Under the pieces are notes generated by a model. It was not told the origin of the DNA and ran no database searches. It saw nothing but the letters and a program-made list of their open reading frames with translations. Of a stretch of DNA of 33,000 nt, positions 15,001 through 27,000 are shown piece by piece. The DNA lies in the NCBI GenBank assembly GCA_051294905.1, contig CM119379.1:20181001-20214000 (forward strand). The letters run 5' to 3'. This stretch comes from Botryllus schlosseri (lineage: Eukaryota). Position 1 is the first letter of the stretch. Every line of letters starts with the position of its first letter. The position numbers and the translations under genes were made by a program.

Positions 15001-18000
15001 TTCTCATATCACTGAGAGCTCAAAGCTCTGTAGCGAAAAAGTTACCGTGATTTTATACTTGCTCGCTCACGCATTCAAACAGAGACTTCGGTTCTCTGGC
15101 GGAAGGGTTTGAAGGTGCAGCATATACCGACTGGGCCACTAATGCAATGCACGCTCAATGACGGGATATGCTTGCGCCGCTGGAAGATAATATTCTCACA
15201 AATAAACTGCAATCTTGTGAACTCTGTCTATTAATTCTTTAGAATCAATAAAAATATACATAACGCCCGAATATGACTGGTAAATAGGCTATAGTAGCCT
15301 AAATTTAATAATAGCCCACTAATAAATGGAAATAATGTTCTGCGGCCCGCAGCGTCTTTCGCTGTTAAAATGCGGCCCGTTATACGAGGGAAGTTGAGAA
15401 CCCCTGCAATAGACGAAATGAAGGAAGGAAGAACGTAGTTTATTTTTTGTCCTTGATGTTTTTGCGGCATATACACCGACTCATGATACGCATACACACG
15501 ATCTGCGCATATCCATACCATGAGTGCATGATGTGCATATGCCGCTGGACAAGGAAGTGCAGATATAGCCTTTACGGCTTTTTAAGTCATGCACCACCCC
15601 TCCATGCTATCCCAGTAATGCATGAGCGCGAAGTAGGGAAGCCATGGATACCAGTGTTACTAATCAGGTCTTTGGTCTGACCCGGCCGGGAATTGAACCT
15701 ACGACCTACCGATCAAGAAGCCGGACGCTTAACCATTACGATATCTTGTCGGTCGGTCGGTCAATAATATTTCACATTTATGCAACCCACCGATACTTAC
15801 TTAAGCCATAGCACTTGATCCTATCAGAGACACTGCCCGCATCAGCAGAATCTTTTATGTCCTTGAAACTCGAGGCCACACGTCTGAAAACAAAGATGTA
15901 GCAGAGAATACGGTGTAACATTCTAATTGTACTAAATTTGAACGTAGAAATCCTATCATATTTATGCTGCACTAATCCAGCAACGAAAGTTCAAGGTATG
16001 AAGGTAAATTATCATCATTCCTGTGGGTACTGAGTACAATTGTACATGCGTCACTCACTCTCCTTTTCACAGCTTTCTATCTCTGGCGATAAGCGTCAGA
16101 GTCTGCAACAGATATCTCAGCCATAGAGCAACAAACCTCAATCCCATTCCGGTAAAGGCCTCAAGTTCTGCAGCAGTTAACCTAGGAGGGTGTTCTGAGC
16201 CTTCGCTCACGCATTCTGCATCGTACCATAGTGTGTTGAGACATTCGACTGAGTAAGGCCCATAGTAAGTCGTGCATCCCACAGGATATTCTGCCCAATA
16301 ACATAATTCAATATACAATAAAGTGTTACATGGCATTGATCATACGCATCCCGAAGCAGCGCTCTTGATCAGGAATATTTCCTCGGTCAGCCGATGCTTT
16401 CAATGCATTAAATTCAGCTATCACGTTCCTTAAGTATATTGGTTAAGGTTATATATATATAATGCTAAACATTGGAATTGATTGCACCTGAGATTCATCC
16501 CGTCAAGCCTGTTGCGATCGGCTGTTGATCTCAAGCTGGGGTGGAAAGTCCCTTCAGGCGTACAAAGTGCTTCATAAAACATAGTCTCCAAACACCCCAC
16601 TGTATGCGGACCTCGGTAAGTAAGGCATTTTGACGGAAACACTGTAACAGAAGATGTGAAAAATTGATTTGCGTTCCATTGACATTGGAAGTTTACACAC
16701 TCATTCCATAACAATAAGTCTGACTCGCCAGATCACCGTCCTCGGCGTGAGCGTTTATTGACCGAAAATGGTCTTTTAGTTTTCTGAAAAACAGATTTCG
16801 TCAAGAAAACGTTGCATACCAACAAGCAGGTTCCAACCTGATATCCCAAGTGTCATACTCCCTTAAACGTTCTGTAGACAGTCTTGTGGGATGATGGTCG
16901 CCTTTCGTCAGACAAGATGCGGAGTACCAAATTGTCACCAAACAATCAATAGGGTGAGGGCCGTAATACTTTGTGCAGTACCCCGGCAGAGCTAAACCAA
17001 AGTGATAGCATGGACCAGCAAAGAAGCAAACAGATTGACCCGAACATCACAGGCTTTTACTCCAAACCGAGGTTTACTACAAGCAATATATCTTTAAATG
17101 AGATGACAGTATCATGCACATATAATTCACTGATTCAGCAGAATAAATAGATATGCAAATTGAATTTAATCTTCACAGGATTATCAAGTCCTCCATTATG
17201 AAGATTTAATTGTTCATATCAATCAAGAGTATTTATTATTCAGGCAGTTTGAGCCTAAAAAATTTATATCGGGAATGCATGATCCACGACTGCAAGCTGC
17301 AAAATGTAGGTAAATGTTGCCTACTAAAATCTCTTTCAGACAGCTGCAGAAAGTATGTGAAAATATTGGAACACACGCTTGACAATACTCATGAAATAAA
17401 TTTAGAGAATTTTATGGGATAACGCAAACCCATTCAAACATGACAATCACAACTGATCAATTATAAATGAAGAATTCAAATTTCCGTGTAAATTAAATGT
17501 GCATAGATTATATGTATATCATTCTCCTTCTCACTTATCAGTAGGGCGAAGAAGATTTTGACCTAGCAAATCAAAATTTTGACTTTTTTTACCCAAAAAA
17601 ACTTTAATTTTGACCAAATTTTGACCTCATGTATGTAAATTAGTTTTTTTCGCACAAAATGTTAAAATTGTACTACTTATCTTCATTTCTGATTGGAACT
17701 GTCTGTCATTACAAAGTAGTTTGGCCTGAAAAAACATTTTGGACTTCAAAACTGACAAATTTTTGCATGAAAAACTAGTATTTGTACGAAATCTGGCCCT
17801 ATGAAAAATTCCAGTAGTTACATCACATATCATGGTGGAAATAATTAAAATTTGTTGTAGTAGACCGAAATATACTACATTCTCGGGTAGAAAGTGTCTG
17901 TCTTTATTAAGTAGCTTGCCAAGAATGGAGAAAGAACGTTCAACAGCAGCAGTGGTTGGCTGACAACACTGAAGTTGTGCGTACACTGCTGGTGACACAC

Positions 18001-21000
18001 CGTGTTGCTTCATTCTGACAATGTTGTCGACATCACAATTTTTCATCACGCTCTTCTTGATATAAGAACCATGCAATGCCCAAGCGGTCTTGCATCAGTT
18101 AGGATATTGTGGTACGTTGACCATAACACCATGTCAATTTGTTTCATTTGACCGTTTATGATTCAAAATGGGCCGTCTACAACGGTAGGTCTATAAAGTA
18201 GGCTACAAGCTGTAAAATATCAAATGATAAGTTCACCGAAAGTGCAAAATCTACGATAAAAACAAAATGCGGAGGTCAAAGAAATTTTGACTTTGTAAAC
18301 AATTTTGACAAATTTTGACCTAGCGCTACAATTTTGACAAAATTTTGACTTATTTTGACATGTCAAAAAAAAATCGCCTTAGTTATCAGTAATTTGAATT
18401 AATTTTGTTTACTATTTAAGTGAACAAGTCTTATTACCAAGACCGAAGCAATCCATTTGCCTTCCAGCATTTCCACTGTCAGCATCTTCCTTAAAGGTTT
18501 TGAACTCCGCCAACACTTGTCTGCAAAATCATCAAGAACTATTAACCAAACCGATAGACGAGATACATATGGATTCAAGAAACGGCAACTGACTTCACGC
18601 TACGAGCCATGTAACGATTAAAATCCGTTGTGCTCAACTTGGATGGATGCAGTTGACCTTCATCCAAACACAAGGCATCAGACCAAATTGAATTCATGCA
18701 ATCCATGGAATGGGGTCCAAAACGAACTTTGCAACCTTTCGGAAGCACTACAACAGACTATGCTTGAAGAAAATATTTTAAAAACTCAATCAGTAAAACA
18801 TACCTTCTCCGTAACAACACAGTTGTCCCTTTGGTTCTCCGTCCAGAGCGTCATATAATAATGATGTGACGTATTCACTCGCTTGACTAAAAACGAAACC
18901 AAAATTGACAGAAAATTTAAGGTTGAGATACGGTAACGAACTAAAATAAATATAGTTCAACGAAATTTCCTCATTTCTAGTAACCAATGGTGTTTCAGTT
19001 TTTATGTTTTCCGACCCGGCAAGATAAGTGAATATCAGAAGCGACGAGTAACAGAGTATCAACTACGTAAACTCAATACGAAAGTACTCCTGGCTTTCCT
19101 TTTTCTATTTGTCATAAACACTGAGAGATATAGCAGAGCCAAATGAAAGAAATTTTGAAAATACATACCGGTATCATCGATTGCACAGGCTAAACTACAA
19201 TACTCACAACAAATTAGTCCACATGAGTTCACAATATTTTTCAGGATAATTTGCCTTTAGGTGATTAAGACCTTCAACCGCGCAAGCACCGTCCCTCCAC
19301 ACTGCCTCCAAACATCCTGCTGAGTGAACGCCATGGAATGTGTCGCAACTGCTTGGAAAGCCTTGCAAAAATAATCATAAAATTTACATATATTGGCCGT
19401 TAAAGAAACAACCGCGGCAGATTACCATAGCCCCAGCATGCTTGACGACCCCTACCACCAGCATATGCCGCATTAGCAAAATTGCGAAAAGTGTCGATAA
19501 TTTGCCTGTGTGAAAAATAGATTGTGAAATATCTGTGATGTTAAGATCTCAAGATCACGATTACAAAATTATCAGATTCCACGCTGTTTAACTGTATGGA
19601 AATTTTGAGTCGTGTGAGCGTTTTGGCATAAACACAACTCATCAGCCCTACTTCCAACACAGGCTCATACTCTGACGCATCGTAATGCAAGAATTGAAGA
19701 GGATACATATAAGGAATGTATGCTAAGAATGTAAATGAATCTAACTCTTTCATAAAGCTCAAATATTCAGTGAATCAGAACAACTCACTGGTGAGTAAGC
19801 CACTTCAAATATGTGCCGGAACTGGTATGATATATCTTTTGAGGAGCTGCTGCACCGACGAGTTCACACCCGCTATTAACCCACGCTATATGCAAGCAAT
19901 TCAATCGACGAGGTGTACTACCAGAGCATTCTGGTGGCAGAGCTGTTAAGAAATCAATTGGCTGGGATTATCAACTGAACAACACCTGGAAATGGCTGAA
20001 ATATTCATAATATGAAATGTAGTATGGTCAAAGCAGCCACAACACCAAGTCAATCGATACTATTTTGTTGCAGTTGTGACAAGTAATGGAAATAGGGTCA
20101 CTCGAAATATCATTGCAGACCCAATTCATATAATACTATCTAGTTGATATAATCGAACAAGCAGGCATTTCTGGCTTTGAAACTGAAACCTACAATCAAA
20201 GTCACAAAGGTAGTGCAAAAAGTGCCAATAAATGTGCTCGGTAAAGCACTCTGACACTGACCATCTATTCAGCAGGTGTTATACGGAATTCATATATCCA
20301 AAAACATACATAGGCATTCTGGAAATGGGGCGCTCCATCCAACATTCCCAAAACAATCGGTTACTTTACAAGTCGCAGTGTCTCTCCGGTATTTAAGTAT
20401 TGTATCGGAGGGGCAAGTAATAGTGCATACGGAGTTGAGGTTATTTGCTGATGTACACGTCAGACTAGCGCCCGGGAGCAGTGGAGCTAGGTGATCGTCT
20501 GAACATTTTAATCCTGCCCAAAAGAAACATCGATTCAAAATCAACCGAGTTTTAACTGACTTGGATACTTGCCTGGATCTACCACGCAAGTCGGAATCCC
20601 AGGGAACCACTCTCCCTTCCGACCCCCACTAATGTCGATACAATCAATTGTGCCAGCCCCATCAATAGACAGTTTATATCCAGTAGCACAGGAAAATTCA
20701 CACCGCGGCTTCCCAGTGTCGTTAGAGATTCCACAATGAAATGAGGTTTGAGGCGAGAGTGTCTCTACAGGAATCCTTGGACACTCAATATCAGCTAAGA
20801 ATGAGAACGGTGAAATAAAAATAGGATTACAGGTGGTCAAAATAGTCATTGTTGGTACTCAAGTAGTAAAAGCAGAAGAAATGTTCCAAGTTTCTACTCA
20901 AGTACGAGTAGAAGTGTCAATTTCCAAGTTAGTAAAATGTAAGTATTTTCTAGGGCTACTTTTGCCTAAAACTGGTTATGTAGCAGTAGAAAGTAGTACA

Positions 21001-24000
21001 AAATTATTACACTCAAGTAAGTAATACATGTAGGAAAAACCTAATTGGGAGCTCCGAAAAGCAGGACTTAGTTACAGACCACCTCTGGATAAGATGTAGA
21101 TATATATATAGAGAGAGAATTTGCACAAGTTGATAGAAACATAGCGATTCCGCAGAAATATATTCCCTTGCTCTGTCATGGATTGAATACTCACCAATTT
21201 CGCAAATGAAAGGTAGTTTACGATCGCATTTAAAATCATTCCACATCCCATCAGAATTAACAATGCCACCACAATCTTCAATGCCTAGCATGTCGTTTGG
21301 TTCCTGCTCTGCACTGCCACTCGATCGCCATCTCTCAAATGGTTTGTCGGCAACTATAAACGCATAACCAATAAGCATTCGATAAATTGTCTAAACATGA
21401 AATAAACGAATGATGTCAGTCAGGTCGAGAGATTATCACTGTGTTAAACTTCTTCGTCAACAGCTTCCAAATCAGGACACTCGGGATAATTTTTAAGCAT
21501 TACTCCTGGTCTGGGCTATATAGTGTATAACTTTCAAGAGTTTACCATTCCGACAAAAAAGGTTGACAAGCACTTGTCTAATGTACCGGTACATGGAATG
21601 ATGAAGGACACATTCCAGGAGACTCTGAACTAGAAACGTACTTTCGCAAATTAGCGGTAGTTTTAGGTCGCAGAGGCTGTCGGTCCACTTTCCCTCCTTA
21701 TTCAAAGTAACACACCGTTCTCCATTGTCATACCCGTTAGGCTCTGTGTCGGCTCGTTCCCAATTTTCATAATCTATTGTAAAATACAGCTTGAGGGCCC
21801 TCGACACAAAGTTTATAGAAAATGCTCATACTGGCATGACCCAATCTCTTTACAGATGACTCGCCATTGGCAGAATACCACGACGAATACATGTAAAGCC
21901 TCATTAAATCGCCTCGGACGAAATCCGCTTTACTGATCGCTTGAACATCCATGTAGAATTTGTCGTGATGATACGGTTTATTCAAGTAATAATTGTTTTT
22001 TTCATAATCGTCGATCATCTCCTATTTAGAGAGGTAGAATATGTATGATGGGATAAAATTCGAAAATTGATGCCGTAAACCATTAGATACCAGAAATTTT
22101 TATCAAATCACAACACATACCATTATGTTCAGAGGTCGAAAATAAAATAACCACTTTTGGTCATTTGAAGATCTGGGCAAATCAATAATTTGGCTTCAAG
22201 CAGGGTTGTAACCAAGTTAAAAGGCTACGAGTCTCAAGTCAATCTCACTTTTATAGTTTTGACTCGAGTCAATTCGTGTCATTTTCAATTCACTACAGAG
22301 TCCAAATCAGTGAGCAGCGGGTCGAGTCCAGTTCATGGTAATATGACTCGAGTCTGAGTCCAAGTCATCGTGTTCACTGCTCAGTTTCCAGTTAAAGTCT
22401 TGTTAAACCCACCTTTTATAACTCTGTTTGGAGGTATCCAATAGTTCGCATTTATAATATACTAATTGTCCTCCCCTTTTAGCAGTTTCTGGTCGCATTT
22501 TCAAGTACCAGTACCAATAGACGAAATCCCAATAGTGTGGTTACTTTACTATTCGGAATTACAATGAAATGTCGGTCTTGGCCGTCTGAGTCTCGATTCA
22601 TATGACTTGGTTCTAGTCATGCGCAACGACTCGAGTCCAAGTCGAGTCAGTACACAGATTGACTCAAGTCGAGTTAAGTCATTTTCTCAAATATCAAGTC
22701 AGGTGGAATCATCAGAAAATCGTGACTCGAGTCGAGTCATGACAACCCTGTCTTCAGGTTGAATCGAGTATCACTCACTGTGACGTCATAACAGTACGAT
22801 GATGTAGAAAGTGCAAATGTGTACCTTGTATATGATCATAAACAAAATAATGCTAGTTTTAGTTCTAGTTCGGTACTTTTTCAAAAACACCCATTTGATT
22901 GCACTTTGTGGCAATGTGTCTTCTACTAGGCAACTCGAATCATTGTGTCCAGCCCTAGTGACTGGTCATTAATATAGTAGGTTTCTCTGATTGTATGGTT
23001 ACTATTAGAAGCAATTTTATGAGTGAAATCCTCACAACCACAAATGTATTGATACACTGCATAACCATCACTACTTGTATTGTGTACCCTCAAGTCCTTT
23101 TAAAAGTTACTCAGGCCTATCCAGATATACTTCCAACATGTAATTTTCTTCTTCTACTTGAAGTCCTTATTTTGATCGAATAGATGTAATTTAATTTGCG
23201 AAGAATAGGATCCGGCCCTGAAAGAAGCACATACCTTAGTCTTGTTTGTTAATAGATCATTGATTTCCTTGGATTCAACACGCGGCAGTGTACCAGACAT
23301 CGCATTACAATGAGCCTTACATTCCAGGTATGTGCAGAATTCCGTGTAGGCCCATAGAAGATAGTTCTTCCGTTGATAAGTTATGTTGTAGGAGTACATT
23401 CTGAGTTTACCCCCAATTGTAAAATCTAGGTGAGGATAATTATAGACGTCTACCGAGCTGGAAGAAAATAAAATTCTCAATTTTCAACACTAACTGATGG
23501 AAAATGGTTTGTTAACTAATGTTGAATCCACGAATTCCCAACGACCCTCAGTTCCACTGTCATTCATTCCAATCCAAGTACCTGATACAAGACGTACAAA
23601 GAGGAGAGATATGCAATGTCATTGGTATGTAGCTTCTATACCTTGCGCAGAATTGAGATCAGACATAACTGTTGACATTTTGCTGACAAGCCATTCATGA
23701 ATCGCTGAGGATTTAGGCATTGCCAATGTCCCATAAATGACTGTAAGATGAAATATATGAAATATTTGGAGCTGGACTAAAAGTTACTATGGTGTTACCC
23801 CGTCATAGCCTCAAGCATACTCATATTCCCACGGTTGTAACCAAGTCACAAGGCTATGAGTCACAAGTCAATCTGACTTTTATGGTTTTGACTCGAGTCA
23901 AGTTAAGTCACTTTTAATTCACCACCGAGTCAAGTCGGAGTCCAAGTCAGCAATCAGAGGGTCGAGTCCAAGTCATGGTATTATGACTATGAGTCCGAGT

Positions 24001-27000
24001 CCAAGTCATTGTGTTCACTGCTCAGTTTCCAGTTAAAGTCTTGCTAAACCCACTTTTTATAACTGTTTAGTGATATCGAGTGGTTAGCATTTATAATATA
24101 CAAATTTTCCTCACTTTTAGCAGTTTCTGGTCGCATATTCAAGTAGTAGTAACAATAGTGTGGTTACTTTACTATTCTTCGAAATTACAATGAGATGTCG
24201 GTACTGGCCGTCTGAGTCTCGAGTCATATGAATTGGTTCGAGTCATGTGCAATGACTTGAGTCCAAGTCGAGTCAATACGCAGAATGACTCGAGTCGAGT
24301 CATTTCCGTATTTTGAGAAAATGACTCGATTCAAGACAAATCATCATAAAATCAGGACTAGAGTCGGACTTGAGTCGAGTCCTGACTCGAGTCATTACAA
24401 CCCTGCATATTACTAACTATCAGTAAAAATTTTTCACAGAATGAATTAAATCTCTGACCTTCACAATATTCTTCAGCCTGTCCCCATGTCAAAAGATCCT
24501 TGAAAATCAGATATGTTTTATCCAGATGTACGTCACGGAGGATGGCACTCCTTGTTGTATATGGAGCAGGAACTTTGGCTGTATTAATCAGCTGATTACA
24601 TTGTGGAATCCCAAAAGATATGGAAATCTTCACCCGTAATGCAATTAGGCATAGATCCACTCCATGCCGTACTCATTTTAGTGCCCGTGCAAGTAATATA
24701 ATGTGTGTCATCATCAACTTCGTATCCACCGTCACATGTTACATGACATCTGTGACGAAATCTACTTCCTTCACATCTTGCTGTCCTTATTTTTGAAGTC
24801 GGCAATCGAAATAAAGGACAAGATAGTACTAAATGGAAGAAGGGAACCTGTAAGGTTGTGATGCTCGAGGGAATGATATAACAACTTCAACCCACTAGCA
24901 CATTCATCTTTTACGAGTGACCACCGACCACCAAAGCTCGAATTACTCGGGCTGTATATACATAGCAACATTATATCCCTTCTGCCGAAATAACCAGAGG
25001 GACAATCAAATGCACAAAGGCTGCCAATTCCGTCATCAAAATCACTACCGCTGCAGGCATCCTTCACCCCATGCTTGAATGATTCCAGACTGGGACATTT
25101 CGCGGCTGTATGAAAGTAAGCGACTTCAACTATAGGCCTATAGTAAATTGCTGCTTTTCACAGCATTTTTGCATGACAAAACAGGCTTCGTAATATGTCC
25201 ATTGTCATATACAATGCACGAATACGAATCTACCATTCTACTATGCCGCAAACTTCATAGATGTACTATCCTATGCAACTTTAAATCAGGCTAACAACAT
25301 AGAATGGTTTCTGAAGATACCATAATTATCAGTAAATGGTGAACAAGGTAGCCAACTCACGGACGCATGTTCCAACAGTGTCGTCTTTATAGAAGTTAGC
25401 ATTGTCACGCCACACAAATTTCCCGCCATTTTCACTGCATGTTAGATTACGCGGTCCGTGAACAGTATAACCAGAGGAGCAGGAAACTGCGAGCACAGAT
25501 CCCACATAGTTCAAATTTGAATATATGTACTGTGTCTTTCCAGAACTTTTGTGGAAGTCACATGTACCTATGCCAGCTGCAATGAAATTTTAGTTCATGA
25601 TGATCATGATCATGAAAAATGGTACAGACAATTTCATAAGTTGCAGTCTTGACAGAAACTATAATGTAGGAACGTATTTCTTTTGGTAATTAGATGGCAT
25701 TGACAACCCAATACTATGATATAGTCATGGACTAAGCATCTACGAAAGTACTGGAGCCAGAGAGTGGTAGTCGCAGTAGTGATGTGGAATCTGGCAAGAG
25801 TTGGAAGTGGAGTCGCACAGAAAAATTTTTGATTCCCCACACCTCGTAACTTTGATGTTATTCAGTAAAATCATATAGTAATTCATGCAGAACTCAGGCA
25901 GTTACTGATGAGGCTGTAGAATATCAGTTGATATCAATTGATATTCTATAAAAAGCTTAATCAGCAGCTGCCTGGCTGATTTATGTCCATGTCTATATGA
26001 ATCATAGACCTACCATAGAAAGTTCAAATGTCATGCACAACATGAGCAATGTGCACATACACTTGCTAAGATTTCCATGAGAATAATTGAACGTTAATAT
26101 CTGCAACATATACTTACAAATTAAAATTAAAATTATCAATGTAAAAGATGCTCTTTTTAACACAAAAGGCAAAATGACACTTACATACACATGCAATGAT
26201 TGGGGGGGACCAGTCAGCAGCTCCGTCATATTGATATGAACACATGATCAATTCCGATGCAAGTCTCTTAAAACCACTGTTGCAGGTAACTTCGCAGTAC
26301 GAACCAATGTTATATTCATCGGTGCAAGAAAAGGTTGCATGGGGATCGATGAAATTAGGATCCGGGCAAGGAGAAGCTGAAAATTGAGTAGATCAAGCAA
26401 CACGAGATGGCATTTAACCCTTACGAAGTGGGTGTATCATATATATGATATGGCATGTCTCCGACACCAATCTCTCCATGTTGACACGCCATAGACATCA
26501 GGTACTACGTTTTTTGAAAAGCTGAGACTTTTCCGATACATTTGGTACCTTACGCAAAAATTTTGGTTTGTAAACATAAAAAAAATAAAAAAATTATATG
26601 AAAATATGGTTTTCACCTAAAATTTCCAGATATTTTCAGAGTGGGGAATATTGTTGGAATATCTGCCAGAACATCAGAAGTCGACATGTACCGCATTCTG
26701 TGTAAATGTTCACAGTTCACAACATCAAAACAATTTCTGAAGAGTTTTCGGAAGGAGATTTGTTCATTTTGGTCATGCTTCAGTGATTTTTAAGATCTAG
26801 GTCAAGTTCAAGTGCAAATTCAGACGGCATATGAGTCAAAAACAAGTTTACTATGCCTGCAAATGGTTGGATATGACGAAAGAAAGCATATCGCGTTGTT
26901 TTATGCCATAAACCGAACGGTTGGGGTCCGATGGAGTCTTGATCATAAACTTGACCTTGATGACCCCTCATTAACCACGCCCATTTCTAAATTCTATATG

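Noticed and set aside
15685-15755. tRNA gene
   Set aside because: A and B boxes are present, but I could not fold a full cloverleaf, and the sequence continues into a repeat body also found at 29362. It is a SINE head.
17627-18076. 149-aa ORF as a functional transposase gene
   Set aside because: Only the hAT C-terminal dimerization fragment is present, with no catalytic core, and it runs into non-coding terminal sequence.
19541-19762. Extra exon between the two exons of repeat 1
   Set aside because: Its open frame needs a phase-1 acceptor but the upstream donor is phase 2, and the phase-2 reading stops. The true partner exon is 19426-19505.
61-19942. Regularly spaced repeats as a CRISPR-like or satellite array
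   Set aside because: The similarity is at protein level, bounded by splice sites, with free third-codon positions. These are coding exons.
20040-20190. Cys-containing stretch as an extra exon between sushi 8 and repeat 1
   Set aside because: The phase-1 reading hits a stop, the other frame lacks compatible splice sites, and sushi 8 joins repeat 1 in frame without it.
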